A program made the position numbers and the translations under genes. Of a stretch of 64,000 nt of DNA, positions 38,838-56,254 are shown one piece after another. How positions within the stretch are numbered: the first letter of the stretch is position 1; the number at the start of each line of letters is the position of its first letter. The notes under the pieces are model-generated. The model saw nothing but the letters and a program-made list of their open reading frames with translations. It was not told the DNA's origin and did not search any database. Origin of the DNA: Octopus vulgaris (lineage: Eukaryota); the NCBI GenBank assembly GCA_951406725.2, contig OX597839.1:15562001-15626000 (forward strand). The letters are read 5' to 3'.

Positions 38838-39928
38838 GATTGATTGATATTGATTCTATGTGTGATGTATACCGCCATTTGGTGTTGCTACTTGGTTTCA
38901 TTCATGTATGCAACTGCTATATGGTGCATGATAGAGTTCGATGCAGCTATATGCCCCTCCTGTGAAGTTGGTTCATCTGGGACACCTGACAGGAAGAGAT
39001 CCAGTATATATATTTGTAAATACATATGTATTCCACCCCATGCAGGTCTCTCAGGTTCTTCGGGAGGATATTGAAGAGCTGTGGGCCTCGGAAGCCCAGG
39101 CTATCACAGAATCTTGTCCTACATCTTGATGGCAGGTTTGGAGTCCTAGGCACCACGCAGTGGCGCCCAGTTCTGGCATTTGCGTAACTCTCGATGCCAA
39201 AGTTCAGGACACTTCCTCCAGGATCTTCCAGATGTATATTATGGCATATCTTTCCCGCCTACGCTCCAGGGAATATAATTTTAATCTCTTGAGTCTTTCC
39301 CAGTAGCTTACATTCTGCATAGAGGCTATCTTCTTTGTGTAGCTTCGTTGGATCGCTTCACGTTCTGTGATCAACTTGACACTGGATGGTGACCATAGCT
39401 GAGAGCAATAGTCAAAGTGGCTTAGGACAAGTGTCTTCCAGAGGACCATCATGGTTTCTTGTTCTCTTGTTCTAAAGGTTCTAAGAATCCATCCAGCCAG
39501 CCGTCTACATTTCATTGTCAGTTTAGCAACATGTACATGAAAGGTCGCGTCATCACTCATGTGAATACCAAGGTCACGTATATATATATGTCTCTGGGAT
39601 TGCATCCCCTCCGGGTCCAGTGTATTCATTGGGTATTGCATTCAGTTTTGCATGCTGATAGTATAAAGCTTGAAACTTTCCAGCATTGAACTGCATGCTA
39701 TTCTTTTCAGCCCACTTGTATATTTCGTCCAGCTCACATTGCAGGTGTTTAGTGTCCTCAGGGTTCTGTATTGCCTGTGAGACTTTTGTATCATCTGCAT
39801 AACTTGTGATCGTGGCTCTCTGCGTGGCTGAGGGCATGTCTGAGAGGGCCATATGAACAGTATATCCCAGAACAGTGCCCTGCGGAACACCGCTCACTAT
39901 TTGTGTGTTAATGGAGGTGGCCCCATTG

Positions 39929-39929
<1 letters not shown>
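38838..39929 (-). mobile_element. LINE copy 2, 3' ~1.1 kb, error-rich
   Basis: Same sequence as the copy 1 3' end with indels and TA-like substitutions. Confidence 0.8.
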
Positions 39930-39986
<57 letters not shown>

Positions 39987-40019
39987 GTATATATATATGT
40001 ATATGTATATATATATGTA

Positions 40020-43000
40020 TGATTGATTGATTGATTGATTGATTCTAGTTTCAGCTTATGAGCTGTGGCCATGCTGGGGCACCGCCATTTGGTGTTGCTA
40101 CTTGGTTTCACTTCATGGAGGCTTTCTAGCAACTGCTATTTGGTGCATGAGAGAGTTCGATGCAGCTGCCCTCATCTGCCCCTCCTGCCGTGAAGTTGGT
40201 TCATCTGGGACACCTGACAGGAAGAGATCCAGCTTCATTTTAAAGACATCTGTATCCACCCCATGCAGGTCTCTCAGGTTCTTCGGGAGGATATTGAAGA
40301 GCTGTGGGCCTCGGAAGCCCAGGCTATCACAGAATCTTGTCCTACATCTTGATGGCAGGTTTGGAGTCCTAGGCACCACGCAGTGGCGCCCAGTTCTGGC
40401 ATTTGCGTAACTCTCGATGCCAAAGTTCAGGACACTTCCCTCCAGGATCTTCCAGATGTATATTATGGCATATCTTTCCCGCCTACGCTCCAGGGAATAT
40501 AATTTTAATCTCTTGAGTCTTTCCCAGTAGCTTACATTCTGCATAGAGGCTATCTTCTTTGTGTAGCTTCGTTGGATCGCTTCACGTTCTGTGATCAACT
40601 TGACACTGGATGGTGACCATAGCTGAGAGCAATAGTCAAAGTGGCTTAGGACAAGTGTCTTCCAGAGGACCATCATGGTTTCTTGTTCTCTTGTTCTAAA
40701 GGTTCTAAGAATCCATCCAGCCAGCCGTCTACATTTCATTGTCAGTTTAGCAACATGTACATGAAAGGTCGCGTCATCACTCATGTGAATACCAAGGTCA
40801 CGCACTGATTGTGTCTCTGGGATTGCAATCCCTCCGGGTCCAGTGTATTCATTGGGTATTGCATTCAGTTTTGCATGCTGATAGTATAAAGCTTGAAACT
40901 TTCCAGCATTGAACTGCATGCTATTCTTTTCAGCCCACTTGTATATTTCGTCCAGCTCACATTGCAGGTGTTTAGTGTCCTCAGGGTTCTGTATTGCCTG
41001 TGAGACTTTTGTATCATCTGCATAACTTGTGATCGTGGCTCTCTGCGTGGCTGAGGGCATGTCTGAGAGGGCCATTATGAACAGTAGTGGTCCCAGAACA
41101 GTGCCCTGCGGAACACCGCTCACTATTTGTGTGTTACTGGAGGTGGCCCCATTGGCTACTACCCCCTGACTTCTATCCTTCAGAAAGTCATGAAGCCATT
41201 CTCCCAGTTTTCCAACTATGTTGAGATCACGCAGTTTGTGACATATCATTCCATGATCGACTTTATCAAAGGCCTTTGCAAAGTCGAGATATATCACTTC
41301 CACATTTGAGTGGTTGAGCAGCCGTTTCAGCACCCAGTCATAGTGTTGTAGGAGCTGAGTTAAACAGCTTCTCCCTGGTCGGAAACCATGTTGGGTGTCG
41401 GGCAGCAAGTCATTCTCTTCAAGGAAGGTGATCAGCTTCCTTCTGACTATTCGTTCCATGACCTTGCTGATGTGTGAGGTCAGAGAGATAGGTCTATAGT
41501 TCTTGGCTTCCGCTCTGCTACCTCCTTTATGAATGGGGCATATTTTACCTTCCTTCAGTTTTCCTGGAAGTTTGCCAGCTGCAAGGAAGCTCTGAAAGAG
41601 GAACTGCAGTGGTCTTGCTAGGACTCTCTTACATGCTTTTAGGAGGATTGCCGGGAATCATGTTGGCTGTTTGTGGCGCGCACAACATCTGCGTACCTCC
41701 GCTTTGGGGCAGGTGGTGCGTAGTCCATCCCTTTTCTTTGTGTTGATGGTTTGTCCATCTGCCTCGTGTCTCTGTGGCAGGGTCCCCGATGTGCAAAGCG
41801 GCAGCCTGCACCTTCCTTTCCGTGCCAGCAGGAACCTCTCAGGTAGAACATACACACCCGTGTGCGCTGTTTGGTTCCATCCTTTGCGGTTCCACTTCTA
41901 CTCCTGGTTGTTTCACTCTTTGGTCCTGCTTGAGCTTTTTCTTTTCCTTTAGCTCTTCCAGTCCTTCTTTTAGTTCTTCTTCCTCCCTCTACCTCTTCAC
42001 CGGGTTCTCCGTCTCCATGGCCCTTGCTGCCGGTTGGAGAACTTGCACCTGGGTTCACTTCCCGGGCAGGTTTCTCATTCAAAACCTCCTCCTGGGCGTC
42101 CACCAGGTGGGGGTGACTTCTTTCATCGTCTCCATTCTTGCCATCTTTGCCCCGCTCGTTCTCAAAGATGGCATCAAGTGCGCCAATGTGCGACCGTACA
42201 AGCGCATATGAGCGCACGAATTCCTGTCTCTTTCGCTCCATCTGAGCCGCTGTCCTCTTGTAGCCTCTGCTCTTCAGCGCAGCCGCAATCACCTCGCTAG
42301 GGCTATCTCCGCCGGCGCACTCCCATGCTCATACGAATAAATCCAGCTCGTCACATCTCCATGCTCTGGACATGCTGGATAATCCGTCTATCCGTTTATC
42401 TATCTAATTATGTTCGAGAGAAGACAGGAAGATATTAAGGCTAATTAGAAGATAGAGTACTTGAAAAAGAAATATTAACAATATTAAAGTTTGTGTAAAA
42501 ACGTTATTTGGGTAAAAACGTTATTTAATCTTAAGGCTAATTTGGAGATAGAGTATCTGAAAATATATTAGCAATATTAATATTATATTAGAGTGTGGGT
42601 AATATTAAACGTTATTTAATTTAATCTTAAGGCAAATTAGAAGACAGAGTATCTGAAAAATTATATATACAATATTAAGCAATATTAACCGTTATTTAAT
42701 TTAATCTTAAGGCTAATTAGACGTTATTAATATTAAACGTTATTTAATTTAATCTTAAGGCTAATTAGAAGATAGAGTATCTGAAAATATATTAGCAATA
42801 TTAATATTATATTAGAGTGTGGATAAAAACGTTATTTAATCTTAAGGCTAATCAGGAGATAGAGTATCTGAAAATATATTAGCAATGTTAATATTATATT
42901 AGAGTGTGGGTAATATTAAACGTTATTTAATTTAATCTTAAGGCTAATTAGAAGATAGAGTATCTGAAGAAGTATTAACAATATTAAAACAATATTAAAC

Positions 43001-43590
43001 GTTATTTAATTTAATCTTAAGGCTAATTAACAATAATTATTAACAATATTAAACGTTATTTAATTTAATCCTAAGGCTAATTAAACAATAATTATTAACA
43101 ATATTAGACAATATTAAACGTTATTTAATTTAATCTTAAGGCTAATTAACAGTAATTATTAACAATATTAAACAATATTAAACGTTATTTAATTTAATCC
43201 TAAGGCTAATTACCAATAATTATTAACAATATTAAACGTTATTTAATTTAATCCTAAGGCTAATTAGACGTTATTAATATTAAACGTTATTTAATTTAAT
43301 CTTAAGGCTAATTAACAATAATTATTAACAATATTAAACTATATTAAACGTTATTTAATTTAATCCTAAGGCTAATTTGACGGTATCAATATTAAACGTT
43401 ATTTAATTTAATCTTAAGGCTAATTAGAAGATAGAGTATCTGGAAAATTATTATATCGAGAACAGTTATTGAAAATGTAAACAAACCAAATGAGGATCGC
43501 AAATTTAACTAAGATGTGGGCCTAAGTGAAAGATAAAATAGAATAATAAATAAAATATGAAATAGATGAAATTGATACTTAATCCAACAA
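40020..43590 (-). mobile_element. LINE copy 3 with 1599-bp internal deletion and ORF1 nonsense mutation
   Basis: Junction GGGAATC|ATGTTGG at ~41658 removes the APE domain; CGA to TGA change in ORF1 near 42331. Confidence 0.9.
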
Positions 43591-43848
43591 TATGTATATA
43601 TATATATAAATATGTATATATATATATGTATATATATATATGTATGTATATATATATATGTATGTATATATATATATGTATATATATGTGTATATATATA
43701 TATGTATATATACATATGTATCTATATATATGTATATATATATATGTATATATATATGTGTATCTATATATATGTATATATATATATATGTATATATATA
43801 TGTATATATATATATGTATATATATATATGTATATATATATGTATATA

Positions 43849-43893
<45 letters not shown>

Positions 43894-43938
43894 GTATATA
43901 TATATGTATATATATATGTATATTTATATATGTATATA

Positions 43939-44039
<101 letters not shown>

Positions 44040-44611
44040 GTGTATATATATATATATATATATACACATATATATATGTATATATATATATGTATATATA
44101 TATGTATATATATATATGTGTATATATATATGTGTATATATATATGTGTATATATATATATGTGTATCTATATATGTGTATCTATATATATGTGTATCTA
44201 TATATGTGTATCTATATATATGTGTATCTATATATATGTGTATCTATATATATGTGTATATATATATATATGTATATATATATATGTATATATATATGTA
44301 TATATATATATGTATATATAGGTATGTATATATATATATGTATATATATATGTATATATATATATGTATATATATGTATATATATATGTATATATATATG
44401 TATATATATATGTATATATATATAGTATATATATGTATGTATATATATATGTATATATATGTATGTATATATATATATATGCATATATAAATATGTATAT
44501 ATATATATATGTATATATATATATGTATATATATATGTGTATATATATATGTGTATATATATATGTGTATATATATATGTGTATATATATATGTGTATAT
44601 ATATATGTATG

Positions 44612-44651
<40 letters not shown>

Positions 44652-44715
44652 TATGTATGTATATATATATATGTATGTATATATATATATGTATATATAT
44701 ATATGTGTATCTATA

Positions 44716-44770
<55 letters not shown>

Positions 44771-44867
44771 ATATATATATGTATATATATATGTGTATGT
44801 ATATATATATGTATATATATATATGTATGTATATATATATATATGTATGTATATATATATATGTATG

Positions 44868-44898
<31 letters not shown>

Positions 44899-44955
44899 GT
44901 ATGTATATATATATATGTGTATATATATATATGTATATATACATATGTATCTATA

Positions 44956-44992
<37 letters not shown>

Positions 44993-45257
44993 CTATATAT
45001 ATGTATATATATATATGTATATATATATGTATATATATATGTATATATATATATGTATATATATATGTATATATATATATGTATATATATATGTATAAAA
45101 TTATAAATGAGGGTGAAAAATCGATATTAATTTAATAATCACTTCGTGTTATATATATATGTATATATATATATGTATATATATATATATGTATATATAT
45201 ATGTATATTTATATATGTATATATATATATGTATATATATATATGTATATATATATG

Positions 45258-45350
<93 letters not shown>

Positions 45351-45419
45351 GTGTATATATATATGTGTATATATATATATGTATATATATATATGTATAT
45401 ATATATGTATATATATATG

Positions 45420-45451
<32 letters not shown>

Positions 45452-45481
45452 TATGTATATGTATATATATATATGTATATA

Positions 45482-45526
<45 letters not shown>

Positions 45527-45693
45527 GTATATATATATATGTATATATATATGTATATATATATGTATATATATATGTGTGTATATATATATATATATGT
45601 ATATATCTATATATATGTATATATATATATGTATATATATATGTGTATCTATATATATGTATATATATATATGTATCTATATATATGTATATA

Positions 45694-45814
<121 letters not shown>

Positions 45815-45976
45815 GTATATATATATATTGTATATATATATATGTATATATATATGTATATATATATGTATATTTATATATGTATATTTATATATGTATA
45901 TATATATATATGTATATATATATATGTATATATATATGTATATATATATGTATATATATATATGTATATCATCATA

Positions 45977-46025
<49 letters not shown>

Positions 46026-46186
46026 ATATATATATGTGTATATATATATATGTATATATATATATGTATATATATATGTATATATATATATGTATATATA
46101 TATATGTATATATATATGTATATGTATATGTATATATATATATATGTATATATATATATGTATATATATATGTAAATATATATATG

Positions 46187-46301
<115 letters not shown>

Positions 46302-46564
46302 GTGAACCTGAGAGACCTGCATGGGGTGGATACAGATGTCTTTAAAATGAAGCTGGATCTCTTCCTGTCAGGTGTCCCAGATGAACCAACTTCACGGCAG
46401 GAGGGGCAGATGAGGGCAGCTGCATCGAACTCTCTCATGCACCAAATAGCAGCTGCTAGAAAGCCTCCATGGAGTGAAACCAAGTAGCAACACAAAATGG
46501 CGGTGCCCCAGCATGGCCACAGCTCATAAGCTGAAACTAGAATCAATCAATCAATCAATCAATC
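46302..46564 (+). mobile_element. LINE copy 4: inverted 5'-truncated 3' end
   Basis: [18 protein letters not shown]...ARKPP, 3' UTR and (AATC)n on the + strand. Confidence 0.9.
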
Positions 46565-46741
46565 TATATATATGTATCTATATATATGTATATATATATA
46601 TAGTATATATATATATGTGTATCTATATATATGTATATATATATATGTATATATATATGTATATATATATATATGTATATATATATATGTATATATATAT
46701 ATGTATGTATATATGTATATATATATGTATATATATATATG

Positions 46742-46790
<49 letters not shown>

Positions 46791-46837
46791 GTATATTTAT
46801 ATATGTATATATATATGTATATATATATATGTATATA

Positions 46838-46900
<63 letters not shown>

Positions 46901-46987
46901 ATATATATATATGTATATATATATAAGTGTATATATATATATGTATAATATATATATGTATATATATATGTATATATATATATGTAT

Positions 46988-47231
<244 letters not shown>

Positions 47232-47371
47232 CTATATATATATATATATATATATTGTATATATATATGTGTATATATATATATGTGTATATATATATGT
47301 GTATCTATATATGTGTATCTATATATATGTGTATCTATATATATGTGTATCTATATATATGTGTATCTATA

Positions 47372-47441
<70 letters not shown>

Positions 47442-47443
47442 GG

Positions 47444-47486
<43 letters not shown>

Positions 47487-47511
47487 GTATATATATATAT
47501 GTATATATATG

Positions 47512-47602
<91 letters not shown>

Positions 47603-47633
47603 GTATATATATATATATGCATATATATATATG

Positions 47634-47690
<57 letters not shown>

Positions 47691-47711
47691 GTATATATAT
47701 ATGTGTATATA

Positions 47712-47816
<105 letters not shown>

Positions 47817-47817
47817 G

Positions 47818-47886
<69 letters not shown>

Positions 47887-47899
47887 GTATATATATATG

Positions 47900-47932
<33 letters not shown>

Positions 47933-48109
47933 GTGTATCTATATATATATGTATCTATATATATGTATATATATATATATGTATATATATATACGTGTAT
48001 CTATATGTATGTATATATATATATGTATATATATATATGTATATATATATATGTATATATGTATATGTATGTATATATATATATATATATGTATGTATAT
48101 ATGTGTATG

Positions 48110-48178
<69 letters not shown>

Positions 48179-48319
48179 GTATATATATATATGTATGTAT
48201 ATATATATATGTGTATATATATATATGTATATATACATATGTATCTATATATATGTATATCTATATATATATATATATATATGTGTATCTATATATATGT
48301 ATATATATATGTATATATA

Positions 48320-51300
48320 TGATTGATTGATTGATTCTAGTTTCAGCTTCTGAGCTGTGGCCATGCTGGGGCACCGCCATTTTGTGTTGCTACTTGGTTT
48401 CACTTCATGGAGGCTTTCTAGCAGCTGCTATTTGGTGCATGAGAGAGTTCGATGCAGCTGCCCTCATCTGCCCCTCCTGCCGTGAAGTTGGTTCATCTGG
48501 GACACCTGACAGGAAGAGATCCAGCTTCATTTTAAAGACATCTGTATCCACCCCATGCAGGTCTCTCAGGTTCTTCGGGAGGATATTGAAGAGCTGTGGA
48601 CCTCGGAAGCCCAGGCTATCACAGTATCTTGTCCTACATCTTGATGGCAGGTTTTGGAGTCCTAGGCACCACGCAGTGGCGCCCAGTTCTGGCATTTGCG
48701 TAACTCTCGATGCCAAAGTTCAGGACACTTCCCTCCAGGATCTTCCAGATGTATATTATGGCATATCTTTCCCGCCTACGCTCCAGGGAATATAATTTTA
48801 ATCTCTTGAGTCTTTCCCAGTAGCTTACATTCTGCATAGAGGCTATCTTCTTAGTGTAGCTTCGTTGGATCGCCTCAAGTTCTGTGATCAACTTGACACT
48901 GGATGGTGACCATAGCTGAGAGCAATAGTCAAAGTGGCTTAGGACAAGTGTCTTCCAGAGGACCATCATGGTTTCTTGTTCTCTTGTTCTAAAGGTTCTA
49001 AGAATCCATCCAGCCAGCCGTCTACATTTCATTGTCAGTTTAGCAACATGTACATGAAAGGTCGCGTCATCACTCATGTGAATACCCAGGTCACGCACTG
49101 ATTGTGCCTCTGGGATTGCAATCCCTCCGGGTCCAGTGTATTCATTGGGTATTGCATTCAGTTTTGCATGCTGATAGTATAAAGCTTGAAACTTTCCAGC
49201 ATTGAACTGCATGCTATTCTTTTCAGCCCACTTGTATATTTCGTCCAGCTCACATTGCAGGTGTTTAGTGTCCTCAGGGTTCTGTATTGCCTGTGAAACT
49301 TTTGTATCATCTGCATAACTTGTGATCGTGGCTCTCTGCGTGGCTGAGGGCATGTCTGAGAGGGCCATTATGAACAGTAGTGGTCCCAGAACAGTGCCCT
49401 GCGGAACACCGCTCACTATTTGTGTGTTAATGGAGGTGGCCCCATTGGCTACTACCACCTGACTTCTATCCTTCAGAAAGTCATGAAGCCATTCTCCCAG
49501 TTTTCCAACTATGTTGAGATCACGCAGTTTGTGACATATCATTCCATGATCGACTTTATCAAAGGCCTTTGCAAAGTCGAGATATATCACTTCCACATTT
49601 GAGTGGTTGAGCAGCCGTTTCAGCACCCAGTCATAGTGTTGTAGGAGCTGAGTTAAACAGCTTCTCCCTGGTCGGAAACCATGTTGGGTGTCGGGCAGCA
49701 AGTCATTCTCTTCAAGGAAGGTGATCAGCTTCCTTCTGACTATTCGTTCCATGACCTTGCTGATGTGTGAGGTCAGAGAGATAGGTCTATAGTTCTTGGC
49801 TTCCGCTCTGCTACCTCCTTTATGAATGGGGCATATTTTACCTTCCTTCAGTTTTCCTGGAAGTTTGCCAGCTGCAAGGAAGCTCTGAAAGAGGAACTGC
49901 AGTGGTCTTGCTAGGACTCTCTTACATGCTTTTAGGAGGATTGCCGGGAATCCATCGGGGCCAGTAGCTGAGTCTGTTTTCATTTCATCTATAGCCTTGG
50001 TTACATCGTCTTCCTTTATATCGATGTAATCTATCGTCGCCGCCTCTGATTTTATATCTGCAGTGGTAAAAAAGTCAGTTGGATTGGTGATTTGGAGATG
50101 CCCAAGGGGTGGAGTGAAAACACTCTTGAATTGCTCATTCAGTATTTCACTTACCCTCATTGGTTTTCCTGTAAGTGTGCCATCCTTTTCGAGGAGTGGC
50201 CCTATTCTACAGTGCACTGTAGCTGTTTCTTTGGCATACCTGTAGAAAGCTCTGGGGTTAGATTTTATGTTTTCTATAGCCCAGGCTTCTTTGTCTGCTC
50301 TTTCTTTTTCATGGGAGAGTTGCAGACATTTTTCGATTTCCAACAGTTTTATTTTTAGGCGGGACTTTTCACTGCTTTCAATCTGTTTGTTTAGGCGATT
50401 TGAAAATTTCGTACGCCGTCTCATTAAAATTTTCCTCTCTCTGGGGATTTTGTTCTTGTGTATTTTATAAGTACGTCTGATGTCTGGCGAGGAGAGACAT
50501 TGGCCAGTTTTGTTTGAGGATTTTGTTTCCAGTATATAAGCCTGGAAAGATTTTTGAGGTTTCTTGTAGGCTGCATGTCCGTGCTCTCTTTTGGCCCGTA
50601 CATGGTCAGCTCTATCATGTTGTGATCCGAGAGTAGTGTCGGTGTCACTTTCACATTATGGATGAGATCCATGTCATTTGTGAAGCAGAGATCCAGTGTG
50701 TTACCTGCCCTGGTTGGTTGGAGTATTACCTGCTCCATGTACAGGGTGTTGATGAGGTTCAGGAGGGACCCGCCTGTCCTCGTTCACATCTTGTCATTCC
50801 TGGGAGAGAAAGGCCCTCGGGCCATCTGACATTGGGCAGATTGAAGTCTCCCATGTAGCTGTACCTATGTGTTGTTCTAATAATGGTTAGAATACTTCTT
50901 CTATTTTTATAAGGCAGTCTTCAAACTTGCCCACATGGGCTTGAGGGCATCTGGAGGGCGATAACGTAGCACACACAACCACATCAAGTTGCCTAATATG
51001 TACAATTAGTGTGTCACACACCGAGCTTGAGCGTGACAAGAGGACCTGGGGTGTGAGGTCTTCACGGATGTACATAGCAACACCTCCATGACTCCTTTCT
51101 TTCCTGTCGGTCCGTGAAGTACAGCATACTGTGTTATGTGTAACTCCGCATCTGCTATGTCCGGTTTCAGGTGCGTTTCTGTAAGTGCTATGCATAAGGC
51201 TTGATTGCATGCAACAAAGTCTCTCAGGAACGGGATCTTTGTCCTGTTACTGAGTGTTTGCAGTCCTCTGATGTATCAGTAGGAGTATCGAGGTGAGGTG

Positions 51301-51440
51301 TACGTTGTTGCCGGCGGTGTCCATCCTGTGTCTGTTTGCTGTGGTGGTCTGGTATATAGTGGGTATCCCACCTGCGGGCTTGGGTTTGATGAAGCCAGGT
51401 CAGCTGCTGCTATATATCTTTATGTATGCACAAAAAATAT
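48320..51440 (-). mobile_element. LINE copy 5, ORF2 region, frameshifted and degrading into TA
   Basis: 596-aa RT frame at 48634-50424; 1-nt insertion near 48652; many indels beyond 50460. Confidence 0.9.
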
Positions 51441-51487
51441 ATGTAGCATATATATAATGTATATTTATATATGTATATATATATATG

Positions 51488-51580
<93 letters not shown>

Positions 51581-51639
51581 GTGTATATATATATATGTAT
51601 ATATATATGTTTATCTATATATATGTATCTATATATATG

Positions 51640-51692
<53 letters not shown>

Positions 51693-51705
51693 GTATATAT
51701 GTATA

Positions 51706-51766
<61 letters not shown>

Positions 51767-51770
51767 TATA

Positions 51771-51829
<59 letters not shown>

Positions 51830-51830
51830 G

Positions 51831-51893
<63 letters not shown>

Positions 51894-51894
51894 G

Positions 51895-51977
<83 letters not shown>

Positions 51978-52000
51978 ACATATATGTATATATATTTATG

Positions 52001-52032
<32 letters not shown>

Positions 52033-52092
52033 TATGTATATCTATATATATGTATATATATATATGTATATATATGTATGTATATGTATGTG

Positions 52093-52184
<92 letters not shown>

Positions 52185-52194
52185 TATACACACA

Positions 52195-52257
<63 letters not shown>

Positions 52258-52494
52258 GTATATATATATATATATATATATATGTGTATATATGTATATA
52301 TATATATATATATGTATATATATGTGTATATATATATATGTGTATCTATATATGTATCTATATATATGTACATCTATATATATCTATATATATGTATCTA
52401 TATATATGTGTATCTATATATGTGTATATATATATGTGTATATATATATATGTGTATATATATATATATATGTATATATATGTATATATATATG

Positions 52495-52565
<71 letters not shown>

Positions 52566-52740
52566 GTATATATATATGTATATATATATGTATATATATA
52601 TGTGTATATATATATGTATATATATATGTATATATATATGTATATATATGTATATGTATATATATATATGTATATATATATATGTATATATATATGTATA
52701 TATATATGTATATATATATATGTATATATATATGTATATA

Positions 52741-52789
<49 letters not shown>

Positions 52790-52822
52790 GTATATATATA
52801 TATGTATATATATATGTATATA

Positions 52823-52915
<93 letters not shown>

Positions 52916-53337
52916 ATATATATATATGTATATGTATATATATATGTATATGTATATATATATGTATATATATATATGTATATTATATTAGTATATATAT
53001 ATATGTATATATATATTTATATATATATGTATATATATATGTATATATTTATTTATATATATATGTATATATATATGTATATATATATTTATATATATAT
53101 GTATATATATATATGTATATATATATGTATCTATATATATGTATATATATATATGTATATATATATGTATATGTATATATATATATGTATATATATATAT
53201 GTATATATATATGTATATATATATGTATATATATATGTATATATATATGTATATATATATATGTATATATATATATGTATATATATGTATATATATATAT
53301 GTATATATATCTATATATATATATGTATATATGTATG

Positions 53338-53372
<35 letters not shown>

Positions 53373-53729
53373 GTATATATATATATGTATATATATATAT
53401 GTATATATATGTGTGTATATATATATGTATATATATGTGTGTATATATATATCTATATATATGTGTATATATATATATGTGTATATATATATGTGTATAT
53501 ATATATGTGTATATATATATATGTGTGTATATATATATGTGTGTATATATATATATGTATATATATGTGTGTATATATATATGTGTATATATATATGTGT
53601 ATATATATATGTGTATATATATATATGTGTATATATATATATGTGTATATATATATATATGTGTATATATATATATATGTATATATATATATGTATATAT
53701 ATATGTATATATATATATGTATATATAGG

Positions 53730-53764
<35 letters not shown>

Positions 53765-54251
53765 GTATATATATGTATGTATATATATATGTATATATAT
53801 GTATGTATATATATATATATGCATATATATATATGTATATATATATATGTATATATATGTATGTATATATATATATATGCATATATATATATGTATATAT
53901 ATATGTATATATATATATGTATATATATATGTGTATATATATATGTGTATATATATATGTGTATATATATATGTATATATATATATGTATGTATATATAT
54001 ATATGTATGTATATATATATATGTATGTATATATATATATGTATGTATATATATATGTATATATATATATGTGTATATATATATATATGTATATATATAT
54101 GTATATATATATGTATATATATATATGTGTACCTATATATATGTATATATATATATGTATATATATATGTATTTATATATGTATATATGTATATATATAT
54201 ATGTATATATATGTGTATGTATATATATATATGTATATATATATATGTATG

Positions 54252-54282
<31 letters not shown>

Positions 54283-54329
54283 GTATATATATATATATGT
54301 ATATATATATATGTATGTATATATATATG

Positions 54330-54360
<31 letters not shown>

Positions 54361-55477
54361 GTATGTATATATATATATGTGTATATATATATATGTATAT
54401 ATACATATGTATCTATATATGTATATATATATATATATATGTGTATCTATATATATGTATATATATATATGTATATATATATATGTATATATATATGTAT
54501 ATATATATATGTATATATATATGTATATATATATGTATATATATATGTATATATATATATGTATATATATATGTATAAAATTATAAATGAGGGTGAAAAA
54601 TCGATATTAATTTAATAATCACTTGGTGTTATATATATATGTATATATATATATGTATATATATATATTTATATTTATATATGTATATATATATGTATAT
54701 ATATATATGTATATATATATGTATATATATATATGTATATATATATATGTATATATATATGTATATATATATGTATATATATATATGTATATATATATAT
54801 GTATATATATATGTATATATATATATATGTATATATATATATGTATATATATATATATGTGTATATATATGTATATATATATATATGTGTATATATATAT
54901 ATGTGTATATATATATATGTATATATATATATGTATATATATATATGTATATATATATATGTATATATATATATGTATATATATATATGTATATATGTAT
55001 GTATATGTATATGTATATATATATATGTATATATATATGTATATATATATATGTATATATATATGTATATATATATATGTATATATATATATATGTATAT
55101 ATATATGTATATATATATATGTATATATATATGTATATATATATATGTGTATATATATATATGTATATATATAAATGTATCTATATATATGTATATATAT
55201 TTCAACAATTGAGGGTAAAATTAATTAATTAATCAATTTTACCAAGTATTCAGTATACAAAGGGACCATTTAAGGCGAATTCAAATTATTACATTATATA
55301 AAAAGGGCTTAGTAAAATAAATTTTTGCCGCATACTGAACTCATTAGAAATAGCAGCTAAAAACTTTTCAAAACTATTTCCAATACTTAAAGAAAACCTC
55401 TTCTCATATAGTGTTTGCTCAATTCAACTCACAAAAGTATAAAGTAGGACATTAAAAAATCAAATGCAAAGGTTATT

Positions 55478-55529
55478 TGAGAACGTACGTTTCAAGATTG
55501 TCAAAATCGACACTTCTATCATCAGCTCA
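55478..55529 (-). ncRNA. Minimal type I hammerhead ribozyme motif
   Basis: Reverse complement of TGAG CTGATGA...GAAAC GTAC GTT CTCA, with a 1-nt deletion in stem II. Confidence 0.7.
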
Positions 55530-56201
55530 GAACTCCCTGGTTTGGATTTGAAAACACTGAAAGTGGGAGCATACCCTTTCGGCTTGTTAATACTTCCGAT
55601 CTGCTCAAACTAACAGTGCCAGCAAATTCAAAATATGCAAGCGAAGAATTTCTGCTCTTCCCTTTCCACCAGCGTGGGTTAAAATCAGCAAACACTATGC
55701 TTTTTTCGGTAAAATCCGAGGCATTATATAGAGAGAGATGAATTATAATTTCAACAATTGAGGGTAAAATTAATTAATTAATCAATTTACCAAGTATTCA
55801 GTATACAAAGGGACCATTTAAGGCGAATTCAAATTATTACATTATATAAAAGGGCTTAGTAAAATAAATTACTTTGCCGCATACTGAACTCATTAGAAAT
55901 AGCAGCCAAAAAAATCTTTTTTAAAACTATTTCCAATACTTAAATTGATTAATTAATTAATTTTACCCTCAATTGTTGAAATTATAATTCATCTCTCTAT
56001 ATAATGCCTCGGATTTTACCGAAAAAAGCATAGTGTTTGTTGATTTTAACCCACTCTGGTGGAAAGGGGAGAGCAGAAATTCTTCGCTTGCATATTTGAA
56101 TTTGCTGGCACTGTTAGTTTTGAGCAGATCTTCTGAAGTGATAACGAGCCGAAAGGGTATGCTCCCACTTTCAGTGTTTTCAAATCCAAACCAGGGAGTT
56201 C

Positions 56202-56254
56202 TGAGCTGATGATAGAAGTGTCGATTTTGACTAATCTTGAAACGTACGTTCTCA
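56202..56254 (+). ncRNA. Minimal type I hammerhead ribozyme motif
   Basis: Stem I TGAG/CTCA, core CTGATGA and GAAA, imperfect stem II, palindromic stem III ACGTACGT, GUU cleavage triplet. Confidence 0.78.
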
